A stretch of DNA of 64,000 nt from Camelus ferus (Eukaryota). Below are positions 37,813 to 50,489 of the stretch, piece by piece (positions within the stretch are counted from its first letter, which is position 1; each line of letters starts with the position of its first letter). The stretch spans positions 62,560,001-62,624,000 of the forward strand of contig NC_045696.1 of NCBI RefSeq assembly GCF_009834535.1, in the 5' to 3' direction. The position numbers and the translations under genes are program-made. The notes beneath the pieces are model-generated. The model searched no databases, was not told the DNA's origin, and worked only from the letters and a program-made list of their open reading frames with translations.

Positions 37813-40049
37813 TATTAGAAGCTTTCCTTGGCTGTTAATTTGCTCATGGTTGCAAGTGAAGGGTTAACTTCTTTGGAAGCCCTGAGAACATAGTTAGGAC
37901 TTTGTTGACTATGAGCTTCACTGAAGTCTGGTCCATTTGTTGAGGAACAACCAGAGTTAGGGTCTTTTGGAGTCTTTTCAGCTGTTAAGATTCCCCAGAG
38001 AAGATTGATCAGTCTCCTGCATAGGGATGAGAGGCCTGCTGGAAGCTAATTGCTGGGAATCTCAGCATTCAGGGTGTATATGTTCATTTAATCCTCTGCC
38101 TTCCACCTTTCAGATGAACCCCATCTAGTCACTTTCTGTTTTACTTTCCCAGAGACTATACCTCTAGTCATTTGTGTCTTTGTAGAGAGCAGTACCCTAA
38201 TGGCATAGAGTTGGGGAGGAGACCTTGGATCTAACTGCTTCTTAAACAACCATTCTTCCCACTTTCATCCTCCCTTCCAGGATTAACCAGTGTAAGTCCT
38301 TCAGCCCTTTGAATATTATGTGATGAAGTTGATGAACTCTTAGATTTTTCTTCTTATCCTTAGATATCACCTTGGTCTACTTGGTTACCATTCATCCAGC
38401 CATTTTTTAGCTCCCCAGATTTTGTTGCTCTTATTTTCTTTCCGGTTCTCCCTATTCTTGTGGATAAATGTCTTTATTTTTTTAATTAAAAAAGCTGAAG
38501 TTTTCTAAAGGAACTTACAGATATCATCATGTCATTTCACACTTAACAGTAATTTCTTAAGCATCTTTCACCTAGTCTATATTCACATGTCCCTGCTTGT
38601 CCTAAAAATGTTTACAGCTTATTGTACAAAGTAAGATCTTATCTATGACTAGGCATTGCATCTGGTCTTATGTCCCTTTTCTTTCAGCCTAAAACAGTCC
38701 CTCTTTTTCTTGACAATGACTAGCTGAAAAGATTAGGCTAGCTGTTCCTATAGAATTCCTTCTCATACGATTACAACAGAGATGATGTGTATACTGCATG
38801 TTGTAACAGGAGACATCCAATATTTGGTTATCTAACCATTGCTAACAATAAGATCAGGCTTCTGTATGAAAATGAAGTGGACACGTTGGATTAGGGAGAT
38901 GGCAGTATGATCCCTCCATTGTCATGTTACATTTCCTTTCTTGTTCCCAGTCTACTTGGTTACTTTGTGTAACAAATCTAACTTACTTTGTGTTACTTTG
39001 ACCCTGTAAGATCTATGCCCCCATCAACCATTCATCTAATGGTGTTACAATTGAATTTGTAATTTCATTAGGAATTGCAGAATGATGATTTTCTAATTTT
39101 GTCATCCTGTCCGCATTTATTAACTTGCATTCTTATGTAAAATACAGCTTTTCTTCATCAACTAGAGCTATTTAGTTTCTGTAATAAAATGCTTAAGTTT
39201 TTGCTTTTAATTACCATATTTGGTTAACTTATTAGCTACCTTATGTGGGGACAGAAATTTTTGGGGGGGCTATCATCATAAACTTAAGGATTTTTGTAAA
39301 TACAATGGGTCACAACTGCAGTAATTACTCTTTTTCACGTTCAAATTATCACAGATTTCCTTATAAGGGCTGTAGGTAATTCCTTGAAAAAATTGTCTTG
39401 TTTTTAGTGGAGTTTTGAGAGGGAACAAATTTAGGTGTGTATTCAAATCATCTTGATGAAGAAGCTAGTGGTGGTGTTGAAATACTTGTGTTATGCAAAA
39501 TCATACACTGGAAATAGTAGAGATTATAGGAAAAATAGGGATAGGGCCAACCTAAAACCCATGTAAGTTTTTCCTAATACTTTAGACACTCAATAAAATA
39601 GTAGCATAGTTACATTCCTAATAAATAAATACTATAGTTTAATAGAACTTAACTTTAAAAATTGGTGCAAACAAAACTGGTGACACTAGCTTAATGGAAG
39701 GGTACAGAAAGGTTGATGCTTTGGTGACAAAGTCAAAATACATAAAAATCAGAGAGAATAGTACAAGAAAATTTTCAAGTGAGAGCACATTGCCAAAATG
39801 AGCCAAGAAGAATGAGGGGATGGATAGGTATCATGTTCAGTCCGGTGTTCCTTGAGGGGGCCAGCTGAGTTCTGCTGTGTTAGTTTGCTTTGCTTTCAGC
39901 TTTGGTGCAGAAACATTAGCTTACAGAGGAAAAACTGGGAAAGAACCAACATGTTTTCTGTATTGTATTGATATCCTTTTCCTATATAATAATTGCCTAT
40001 GAGGTAATTTACATTATCAAACATATTCTAGTAAAGCAGATTGTATTTC

Positions 40050-41400
40050 TTTTTTAAAATTTTTAAAATAATCTCAAACTTACACAAAAGTTTTAAGTAT
40101 AGTACAAATAATTTTTTCCTTGAACCGTTTCAGAGTAAGTTGCTAATGTCTGCTCCATCACCATTATTTAGTGAGTGCTTCCCACAACTGGAACATTCTG
40201 CTGTTTAGTCATAGTATAGTCATCAAAATAAAGAAACAAGCATTGATAAATCACACCATTTAATTCTCAAATATCATTGTTTTGACAGTCATCCCAGTAA
40301 TGTTCTTTACAGCAAAAAGATCTAGTCCAGGGGAGACTGTTTATTAGATCAGTGGTAGAGTGCATGCTTAGCATGTGCAAGGTCCTGGGTTCAATCCCCA
40401 GTGACTTCATTTAAATAAATAAAAATAAATAAACCTAACTACCTCCCCCAAGCCAAAAAAAAAAAAAAAAAAAAAAAGGAGCACAGGTCACTTTTAGTTG
40501 TCATGACTCTTCAGTTTCCTTCAGTCAGGAATAGTCCCTCAGTCTTACTTTGACCTTCTTGACCTTGATTGCTTTAAAGGTTACAAACTTTTGTAGAATG
40601 TCCCTCATTCTGGGTTTGTTTGATGTTTTCTCACAACGTTATGTGTCTTTGGCAGGAGTATTATATAAATGATGTGGTGTTCTTACTGCATCTTCTCAGG
40701 TGGCACATGACTTTGATTTGTCCCATTATTAGTGATCTTCACTTTGATCACTTGATAAGGTGGTGTCTGCTGGACTTCTCTACTGTAAAGCTATCTTTGA
40801 AATAGTATTTTATGTACGCTTGGAGGTACTTTGAGACTGTGTAAATATTCTGTTCCTGATCAAGCTTTAAATTTTAAAGTTTTAATTATATCAGTATAGG
40901 CCTCTATTTTATTCAATTTATTAGAATTCATTACTATCATTATTTGTTGCTCAAATTGTCCAAGTTTGGCCAGAGGAGCCCCAGCTTCTGTATCCTTTTG
41001 ATATGTTCTCAACAATCTTTGAGTTCTTCCTTACTTTCTAGTATGGCGAGATGTTCTGAGTTCATCTTCTTGTACTTTCTCTGCACCAGCCTTGAAATCA
41101 GCAGTTTCTTCAGTGAGCCCTTGTTGTTTTTGGTGGAGAATGATTTTTAGGAACCAAAATAAGGGAATATGCATGTGTATATATACACGTTTACATCCGT
41201 ATTTCTTAATATATCTATTTTTATTGAAACCATTATTGTGCCTCTTTGTATCTCCAGTCCCAATCTAATACAATTGAGGTTTGTTCTAATTCTCTCCTTT
41301 TCCATTTAAGTAACTCCTTTCTCTGCAGTGAGAAATCTGGCTCCCATTTATTTTTAGTGGGTTTACTTATATGTCCAGTCCCCTGTATGTGACCAACATC
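40050..41400 (-). mobile_element. Old L1 (L1MC/MD-like) 3' region (bounds approximate)
   Basis: aataatctcaaacttacacaaaagtt..atagtaca, tttgtagaatgtccctcattctgggtttg, ctttgatcacttgataagg. Confidence 0.65.
40330..40477 (+). mobile_element. Vic-1-like camelid tRNA-derived SINE
   Basis: TCAGTGGTAGAGTGCATGCTTAGCATGTGCAAGGTCCTGGGTTCAATCCCCAG..AAATAAACCTAACTACCTCCCCC + long A-tail. Confidence 0.9.
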
Positions 41401-42117
41401 CTTTCTCTGTTGCCATTTTCCACTCCCAGGCTCTGACACCTCACACTAGGTGGCACTCCCACCTGATACCTTCGTTTGCATCCTCAGGCTCTCACTTCTC
41501 TTGTTGGGCTGTCTTCTTGTGCAGATACCCTCCTTACCCTGCTTGGGATGCAACAACCTCCACGAGGTTGCTCTCATTTGAGGATATGCTCCTCACCCAG
41601 CTCAGTCCTCTCTGGAATACCATATCCCCACACTTTCTTTGCTGAGCCCCACCTAACAGCTATTAGGTTGAGTTTTCGGGAAGGGCCAGACAAGCACCAG
41701 ATTGTATTTCTGTTGATTCTGTGCTAAAATACTGGCTTGTTAAGGTTGAAATGTTTTTAAACCAGAAGGTTTTTTAGGCCATATCTTTAATTGCCTAGGA
41801 TCCCCAAACTACATCTTTGTATTTGGTCATTATTGATATAGACATTGCTGTGCACTTAAAAAAATTAGCTTTTGGCTTATCTACCACCTTTTGCTTTTCT
41901 TCTGGCGTCCTAATAGCCCGTAAGATTTTAGACATTGTGCATTCTATTGTTGATTCACTCTGTAATTATGTAATTATGCGTGGAACAGCCTGGTTTAGGC
42001 TCAAAGTAGGACTTCAATGTATGGATTGGAAGTTTTTGTTTGGAGCATGTAGTGTGCAACATAGAATTACTAGTATATTGCAATCTTTTTTAAAAAAATA
42101 ATTCTTAATTCTTTTAG

Positions 42118-42399
<282 letters not shown>

Positions 42400-42669
42400 T
42401 AGAGGACCTTTCCCACTTGCCTAATTTGACTGCTAGTTTGTGTCTTTGTACCTTTGTAAAGTGGATAAAATTCTGGTTTATGAAGTGCTTTTGAGTACTT
42501 TGATTCATCATTCATTATTAACCAGAAAATCTGTCCCTATTATTAACGTGTTGAGGGCTACATTAGAGGCTGTGTCACATTAAAAGAGGAAAATAATTTG
42601 CATAATATGCAAATGGAGTAGAGACTTGATAGTTTTATATATTAATACAGTCTTTTTTTTCCCACTTAG

Positions 42670-42739
42670 GAGTCTTGGAGTTCATTTTTCAAAAGTACGC
42701 TCTTTAACTTTAGATACCTGGGAGCCTGAACTTTTAAAG
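42670..42739 (+). CDS. ACAP2: ACAP2 exon 15 (70 nt), ArfGAP: SLGVHFSKVRSLTLDTWEPELLK
   Basis: cacttag|GAGT...TTAAAG|gtaaaa. Confidence 0.97.
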
Positions 42740-43903
42740 GTAAAATAAATATTTGCTTTAAAATATTTTATGTTTTCTCATAAAAATCAAGATTTTAGAA
42801 TCTTGGTTTACAAATGTATGAGTTTCTCAGTGTTAATAACGAATCAAATTGTGTTGGAATATATCTGACACTATATATTTGGCAAATCTGGTGTTTTCAT
42901 ATTGGTCTTTTTTAGATTGCTAAGCTTATGGAGCTTAATCCATGTCAGCTCACTTTTTAAGGAAACCAGCATACTTATATTTTTGTGTTTTCTCAAAAAG
43001 TATCTTACATTTTTGCCTTAATTTTAATCTTTTATAATTATATAAATTCTTGTTAAAATATGAGATACTGCTATAGTGAGCTCCACAATGGGTTGGTATA
43101 GCATATTGTTATGATTGCATTTTTTCAGCATAGGCCCACTTGCAACTTTACATTTGTCAGTGATAGTAGTCATCAGACCAAGACATCCTTTTCCCCTGTG
43201 TAAGGATTCGTATCTATGAAAATGTCATACATAATTTTAGATCACAGAGATTTTTTAATAAGATTTATGAAATTCATAATGGTTAACAGTATACTCCTTT
43301 AAATTCCCACCATTTAGTTTACCATATTGCAAAAAAAAAATTAGTTTGAATGTTGTGCTATATTTTGCATTTATTTCTGTCTGAAAATTGTGTTTGTAAT
43401 GTGCTTGTATTTTTATTCCAATCCATAGATAAACTGATAATCCTGTCAATTATGTAAAATAAAAACTTTTGATTTTGGGCATTTTTGTGTAAATATCTAA
43501 ATGAAGGTGATAAATTGCATCCTGTGGTAGACCCCTATTTAGATAAGTTCTATAAATTGTTATGAATTCAAAGGAGAAGAAAGTGGGGGTTGAGGGTTAG
43601 AAATTTAATTTCTGCACCAGCTTTGTGTAGATATGAACTCAGTGGATTCAATTTAGAAAAATAGTTGAAATACAAGTGTCTGATACATTAAAAAAATCGA
43701 AACTTAAAAAAAAATTTGAAATACTTGTAAATAAAGTAGTAGGAGAAAATAGTTTATTACAGTTCTCAGCTGTTTAAAACTGAACCTGTCTGGACCTAGC
43801 CTTCTTTTTTAGCAGACGTTGCGAATAACATGTAGCCTTGTGCCAGCTATAATGGAGAGATAGAAATCTGGTAAAAGATGGGTGAAGAGAAACCATTTAA
43901 AAA

Positions 43904-44052
43904 TTTTTTTTTTAATTTTTAAAATTTTTTTAGTGGGGGAGGTAATTAGGTTTATTTATTTATTTTTATTTTTCAAAGAGGTGCTAGGGATTGAACCTAG
44001 GACCTCATGCATGATAAAGATGTACTGTACCACTTGAGCTATACCGTCCCCC
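43904..44052 (-). mobile_element. Vic-1-like camelid tRNA-derived SINE
   Basis: gggggaggtaattaggtttatttattt..gggattgaacctaggacctcatgcatg..gagctatacc; TSD GAGAAACC(A/C)TTT at 43887 and 44054. Confidence 0.88.
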
Positions 44053-44280
44053 TGAGAAACCCTTTCTTGAGGAGTGATAATCTTCTAGGAAGATGCTCTA
44101 GTAGAATGGCAAAATGGTGATATTGCTTGCAATTTTTGTCTCATTTTGTTTTAACTTTAAACATCTTTGTGGAATGAGCATTAGCAGAACATGCAAAAAG
44201 AATTAAGTAGCTGTGCTTGCTTAAGGACTTATATTACTTTTAGGAATTTATAACTTATTTTCTGTTTTTCTGCCAAACAG

Positions 44281-44372
44281 CTTATGTGTGAGTTGGGGAA
44301 TGATGTCATAAATAGAGTTTATGAAGCTAATGTGGAAAAAATGGGAATAAAGAAACCACAACCAGGACAAAG
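44281..44372 (+). CDS. ACAP2: ACAP2 exon 16 (92 nt), ArfGAP: LMCELGNDVINRVYEANVEKMGIKKPQPGQ(R)
   Basis: ccaaacag|CTT...CAAAG|gtacta. Confidence 0.97.
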
Positions 44373-45744
44373 GTACTAATTTCAGTTGTGTTAATGTGTT
44401 ACCTTCCCCTCTCCCCCAATCAGGAATATAGCTGTGATTTTATTTCACTATAATTGGTATGTAACATTGAGACAGACTGTTCACAAGAGATCATTACTAC
44501 CTGTTAAAATGTGGCTGTCTCTTTCTTGGGTATATTAATTAGATAATCATTTTTTTTATTAATCATAAACTTAGTTATAGTTTTCAGATAAGAGAGAATC
44601 TTAAAAATTAAGGCTCTATATAGGGATGTAAAAACTCTTAGCAGTTGAAGTAGAACAAAGTTCTGTTATTGGCAGGCCCTTAAAGAGATAATGTTTCTAA
44701 GGATCAAGTTTTTATTACTTACAATGAATAATTTCACATTGTTTGACTTAGTTCAGCAAATATTTGTTAATCACATGTTTCATACATGACATTATTATAT
44801 TGAAGAGTTAAAGGTGAAAAGGGTAGCTTCTGGTAGGAGAGAGCACTTAACACTTAATTGCTCTGTTTGAAATTTTACTTTCAATTCTATGTATGGAGAC
44901 TTATTGAACGAAGTGGCTAAGAGTGTCTTCAAAGGTAGACAATTAGTTTTTATTGTTGTTGTTTTTAGAATTTATGCTTTTTTATATTAGGTATTAAAAT
45001 TTTACCTGCTGTAATCCTATGTTTGACTATATCTTTATGTATAATTAATACTTTTTAAAAGTCATTGCTTTCTAAACCAACACCACTTAAATCAGATTCT
45101 TATTTTTTTGGCTAAAGCGTGGCTGTTTGAGTTATTTTAGACCTTGAGTTATCCTTTGTTAGCCAAAGACCTAAGCTTTTTTAAAAGAATGTAAGTAAGA
45201 AAAGGTACAGAACAAACTTGGGATTTTATGATTGTATCATAAAACAGAAGTTTAAAATGTGATACCTTTTTTGGTCCCCCTTAAGTTAGAAATGCTATGT
45301 ATGCTGTTTTAAAATATTGTCTTACAAAAAATAATGGTTATGAATAGTGATAGTTCAGTATGTGACATTTATTGGAGTAAAAATGGAATTAAAGTTGATT
45401 TCTATGAACTTGAGTAGTTTCTTGGTAATGTTTTTCATTCTGTAAAAAGCACAAGGGAATATGAATAGAAATGAGTGAGCATAGAAATTAAGAGAATATG
45501 AGAGTGCCATGTTAATACTTAGGATTCTTCAGTTAGTTTATTTGTATTTCACTTAAACATGAAATCATAGTTCATTAAATATTTGGAAGGAAAACATGTT
45601 GCATAATATTACAATTTCAGCTTTAACTAGTATTACATTTAGTGACTTCCTTTGCAATATTCAATATGTAATGGCTTCTTTTTAGTATTAGCCATGCTAA
45701 GAGATTAAGCAGAACATCATGACATTTTTATGTATACCAATCAG

Positions 45745-45929
45745 ACAGGAGAAAGAGGCGTATATCAGAGCAAAATATGTGGAGAGGAAATTTGTGGATA
45801 AATATTCTATATCATCATCACCTCCTGAGCAGGGAAAAAAGATTGACTCCAAAAGTTATGAAGAAAAGAGATTGAGCATTTCTAAACTTGGACCAAGTGA
45901 ACAAGTCAGAGCATTTCCCCAAAGTTCAG
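45745..45929 (+). CDS. ACAP2: ACAP2 exon 17 (185 nt): QEKEAYIRAKYVERKFVDKYS...RAFPQSS
   Basis: ccaatcag|ACAG...TCAG|gtatta; lies within ORF 45719..45955; the linker half differs from recalled human ACAP2 at several residues. Confidence 0.96.
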
Positions 45930-46117
45930 GTATTACAGTTGGTTTGTCTATATAAATATGTTCTTGAGCTGAAGTCACTTTCTTAATCTCTGAATTAGTA
46001 CCTGTTACAGATTTTTTAAATGTTAAGAACCTATTTCCTTCTATATACCCTAAGGAAACAGTTATCTTTAAAGCAGTTAAATTTAAATAATGTCTTGGTA
46101 ATTCATATTTCTAGATA

Positions 46118-46355
46118 CAGTTGACCCTTGAACAACTCGGGGATTAGGGCGCCAACTCTCTGCTCAGTCAAAACTCCACATATAATTTGTAGTCAGTTCC
46201 TCCACATCTGCTCGGCAGTTTCTCTGTATCCTCAGTTCTGCACCCATGGATTAAGCCAACCCTGGATCACGTGGTTTTGTAATATTTACTACTGAAAAAA
46301 TCCGACTATAGGTGGACCTACCTAGTTTAAACTTGTGTTGTTCAAGGGTCAATTG
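46118..46355. mobile_element. MER8-like (Tigger2 family, TcMar) MITE, 238 bp
   Basis: TIRs CAGTTGACCCTTGAACAAC / GTTGTTCAAGGGTCAATTG, flanked by TA on both sides. Confidence 0.9.
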
Positions 46356-46562
46356 TAGTGTGTATATTCTAAGGAACAGAACTGCTCAGAATGCAAGGGG
46401 AGATGGGAGTTACAAATCTTTCATGCAAAAAGCCCTAAATATCTGATTAACCACCTAATATCCTTCCTATTTTTTCCTCCTAAATTTTTCCCAGTAATGT
46501 TTTTCCTGCCCTTTTCCCTTCTTACGGCCTGCTTTGTGCTTTGCTAACTTGCATGTCCTCAG

Positions 46563-46667
46563 TGGTTGCTGTAAATAGCGACGAGGCCAGGCGGGAGTCT
46601 CTCTTCTGTCCTGATGAGCTAGATTCACTCTTCTCCTACTTTGATACTTCTTCAAAACTACGTAGTA
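46563..46667 (+). CDS. ACAP2: Putative alternative 105-nt cassette exon: VVAVNSDEARRESLFCPDELDSLFSYFDTSSKLRS
   Basis: Pyrimidine tract, ctaac branch-like site and cctcag|TG...AGTA|gtaagt; phase 1/1; CpG-retaining coding-like sequence; resembles recalled ACAP3 RRDSLFCPDELDSLFSYFD. Confidence 0.88.
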
Positions 46668-47050
46668 GTAAGTACTACTCTTGTGGAGCATCCCAAGTCT
46701 GTGCCGGTGGTCATTGTGCGGTGTGGCCATTTCTCTAGATGTTACCCATTGTCTCAGAATTACACATTACTAACAGTCATATAGTAAATTCAGCTCTTTA
46801 CTGTCCCTGACACTCATGGGGTAGAGATATGTTACAACTCTGAAAATAAGTTTATTTTCAGGCTTTGTGATTGATTCATATTTCAATAAGCAAAATGTTC
46901 CAAAGGATTACAGTTGTGCTAAATTTATTCACTGGTGGTGGCTGAGTTTATGTAGATGTATCAGAGCTCATTTTAAAACCTCATTGTTTGTGGGAGACTG
47001 TTTTCTCAATGTGTGAACTTTAATCACTAGCTAATTTTTCTTTAAAACAG

Positions 47051-47143
47051 TCAGAAGTAATGACAGTGGAATCCAGCAGAGCTCTGATGATGGAAGAGAA
47101 TCTTTACCCTCCACAGTGTCAGCCAATAGTTTATATGAGCCTG
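47051..47143 (+). CDS. ACAP2: ACAP2 exon 18 (93 nt): (V)RSNDSGIQQSSDDGRESLPSTVSANSLYEP
   Basis: taaaacag|TCAGA...CCTG|gtgagt. Confidence 0.96.
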
Positions 47144-47974
47144 GTGAGTTTTGGTGAAATCCAGTGTTAATTGGTATTGTTTGCTGAAAAATGCGTGTGG
47201 TAAATTCCAGGTTTGATTACGTAGTATCTAAGGAAATGGTTAGTCTTTTAGAAGGTCCTAAGGGCCAATTAATACTGCCAAGTGAGAAAGCAGCTATTTC
47301 TTTTCTTATTTGGAAGTTCTCTCCTAGCTGTGCATTCTTCTAAGTCTCATAATATGTGCTACAAGTAACTTGTCAATAGTTAGGATACTTTTTAATCCAC
47401 ATGAACTGTAGATCTTATTGCCATTATCTTGTTTGTTTGGCTGTCTTTCAGGAGAAGGAGATCAGCAAATCCCCCCCACACCCCAGCCCCTGCCCCACCA
47501 TTAGGTTTTCCTTCTGACCTGTGCTTTCCTCCTATATTCTCTCCTTTATGATTTCAGTGGTTTTGGTCTTGCAAATACTCAGGGTAGTAAGCATTCTTTA
47601 AATTATTTGAACTGCTTGTGCTGCAAATTGTGATGGTATCGGGCCATCCTAGGAATAAAGTAAGGTTTGGTCTAGTAGTAAAATTCTTTAGTGATTCTTA
47701 CTGCCTCTTCTGAGTCTTTAAGACTTTAAGGCTTTTAGGAACATACCTAATTTTAATCTAATACAGAGTAATTTACCTACTCATTCTATACTGGCAAGAC
47801 CACAAAGGCCTGGTATACCAATCAGTCTTTATAAGAGAAGAAGGTTAACTGTTTGGAGAGTGACTAGTCTATCGGAAATAAGATACCTTTGTGAATATCT
47901 CCCATTAGCTCATTTGTTAAATTAGTGGTTTCTTATGTCATAGCTTTCACATTGTAATACAAGTCAGAGTTTAT

Positions 47975-48172
47975 GTTTTTAAAAGTTGTGGTAAGATACA
48001 TATAACATAAAATTTATCATCTTAACCATTTTCAGGTGTACAGTTCAGTGACATTAAGTCTGTTTACACTGTTGCACTGCCATCACCATCGTCCATCCCC
48101 AGAATTCTTCATCTTACAAAACTGAAATTCTGTACCTGTGAAACAGTAACTTCTCATTTTTTTCCATCCCTG
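47975..48172 (-). mobile_element. L1MB-like 3' end, ~45 nt upstream of the exon 19 acceptor
   Basis: tgtggtaagatacatataacataaaatttatcatcttaaccattttcaggtgtacagttcagtgacattaag. Confidence 0.85.
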
Positions 48173-48215
48173 CCAAGAGCTCATTTTTCTTGACGTATTT
48201 GTGTTTGCTTTTCAG

Positions 48216-48404
48216 AAGGAGAAAGGCAAGATTCTTCTATGTTTCTCGACTCTAAACATCTTAATCCAGGACTCCAGCTTTACAGGGCTTCCTATGAGAA
48301 GAATCTTCCTAAAATGGCTGAGGCTTTGGCTCATGGTGCAGACGTGAACTGGGCAAATTCCTGAGGAAAATAAAGGAACACCGCTTATCCAGGCTGTATT
48401 AGGG
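48216..48404 (+). CDS. ACAP2: ACAP2 exon 19, start of ankyrin region; 189 nt with an apparent 1-bp insertion near 48360-48361 (TGA at 48362-48364)
   Basis: ttttcag|AAGGA...TTAGGG|gtatga. Reads EGERQDSSMF...GADVNWANS*; removing one C restores EENKGTPLIQAVLG and the 188 nt required by the phases. Confidence 0.93.
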
Positions 48405-48822
48405 GTATGAATTTGTAAATTGAGGTTTTCAGTAAAACATAAAAAAATAAAATTTATTCTGAACATAGCTTTAGCATTATCTTTTGCTTTAAGAGATGGG
48501 TTGGAAAATAGAAGCAGCAGCTAGTAGTGGTTTCTGAATATTGCTTTGTGTAAGCTCAATTTTTTTCTTAATGGAAGAGAATTCTAGTAATGAAAGTAGT
48601 GTGTTTTGCTAGGTCACAGAGTGCACATTGAACCCCAGTTAGAAGTAGTTCTTGGGAAGAAAATAACATAATTTATCATTTCTTTGCTTTTGCTAGGAGA
48701 ACATTTTTTTCTTTTGAGGAGAATGTATTAAAAAGGCTTTTGAGTAAAGTAAATACTCTATTTTTAATAGAAATATATTGTTGTTTGCTTTTTGTACATT
48801 TTATTTTCTTTTTTCCTCTAAG

Positions 48823-48932
48823 GGCTCTTTGGTGACATGCGAGTTTCTCCTTCAGAATGGTGCTAATGTGAATCAAAGAGATGTGCAAGGGCGGGGACCA
48901 CTGCACCATGCCACCGTCTTAGGGCACACGGG
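48823..48932 (+). CDS. ACAP2: ACAP2 exon 20 (110 nt), ankyrin repeats: GSLVTCEFLLQNGANVNQRDVQGRGPLHHATVLGHT(G)
   Basis: cctctaag|GGC...ACGGG|gtaaac. Confidence 0.97.
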
Positions 48933-50240
48933 GTAAACTATAGTGCTACATATTTGAGTGTATTTTGTTTGAAAAAAAATATTTTAAAATAATGTTTTGC
49001 TTTTTCTCAGGTTAAGAATTTTAGGTAGAGTTTGTAAAGTGATACTTTCCTCTGACTTATATTGTCATGATGGAACTTGAAATTTTAAAAATTTCATTCA
49101 TGAAAAAGATACTGTTACTTTTCAGACAAGAAAATTACAAAACTTACTTTCAATTTTACTAATATTTATATAGATCTGTTTCAGTATTTAAAACTGTTAC
49201 TGAAATTGTTGCGATTTTATGAGACAACGTAAGTCTGTGTGTGTGTGTGTGCATGCCCGCATGCATTTATGGATATACACACATACATTATGTACATAGC
49301 ACACACATTTTGGGAGAATTTTGTAACTTTGTAAATTTTAGTTTTTCCACAGGGTAGTTAAAGTCAGATTCTAAAGTAAATTCTTATTCTGTGCTATTGA
49401 TGCTGTGGCTTCTGAAGCAATATTTAGATTCACAGAAAAATAAAACAATAAAAATAGGCTTTCTACTAGAGAATACAAATAAAGTAAAAATGTTGGCCTT
49501 ATGTGAAAAGTTTGTGTCATAGATGATTGTTTCTCAATAAAACATCTCAGGATCTCCAAGACTTATTACCTGGACAAGCAAGAAGCTGTCCTTTTTTCAG
49601 TTTATTTATAGTATCTTCTATTTTTATCATAGGCTGTTTTCTTTTGCTTTATTAGCAAAGAGATTCAGCTCAATAACTTTACCTTAAAAGTGGTTCTATT
49701 TAACTCATCCTTTGTATTTTCTTCTTAAACAATCATAGTTATTCCCCATTTTACTTCACAGCCTCTTAATTTATGCCTTCATTTTTTCATTTTTGTCAAT
49801 TTCTTTGTTATTAATATTTGTGGAATACAGTGGCAAGATTTTTGCCCACTTTATTGCTATTGTAATTATCATTAACATATTATGATAACATTGCCTTGGC
49901 TTCCTTCTTTCCCAGATAATGGCCTTGAGTGATTTTTGTTTTATTTAAGCTTATACCTATCTCTGTACATCTTTTTATGATATTCTTTGATGATAGAGAC
50001 CATAATTTATACATCCCACTGTGTTATATATTACAGGTTAAATATGAAAATACCTTGAGATTTATAAAATGCTGATCATGATAAATTTTTATTATTAGAG
50101 TCAATATTCAGTAAATCTTTGTCAAATCAGTCAAGAATTTCCTAATGAAAATGTTACTTAAGTAGTTTTTTTTTTAAGGTGAATACCAACTTTTTTTTTC
50201 CTTATTGACAATATCTCAAAAATGCTGTTTCCTTAAACAG

Positions 50241-50351
50241 GCAGGTGTGTTTATTCCTAAAACGAGGTGCCAATCAACATGCCACTGATGAAGAAGGGAA
50301 AGACCCTTTGAGTATAGCTGTGGAAGCAGCCAATGCTGATATAGTGACTTT
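50241..50351 (+). CDS. ACAP2: ACAP2 exon 21 (111 nt), ankyrin repeats: QVCLFLKRGANQHATDEEGKDPLSIAVEAANADIVT(L)
   Basis: ttaaacag|GCAG...ACTTT|gtaagt. Confidence 0.97.
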
Positions 50352-50489
50352 GTAAGTGTTTTTTTTTCCATCTGATTATTTCTCATAAAATATATTACTT
50401 GTATATGGTTTTAACATAGAGTTTCATGTGTAGACCTGAAATTTAAACTTGGTTATTTACTATGGGCTGTGTGCTTCTCTAACTACATT

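Larger units (their letters stand above)
37040..39360 (-). mobile_element. Degraded old L1 fragments, with nested MER5A and SINE (bounds approximate)
   Basis: tgcatgtctgaaaatgtctttatt, gtgtggaatttttagattgg and other L1M motifs. Confidence 0.55.

Noticed and set aside
42784..42809. Small AT-rich hairpin AAATCAAGATT-TTAG-AATCTTGGTTT downstream of exon 15
   Set aside because: Short and AT-rich, so plausible by chance.
47558..48364. Idea that the 29-nt candidate exon compensates for the +1 insertion in exon 19 (29+1=30)
   Set aside because: The shifted frame in exon 19 hits a TGA (..GTG CAG ACG TGA) before the insertion is reached.
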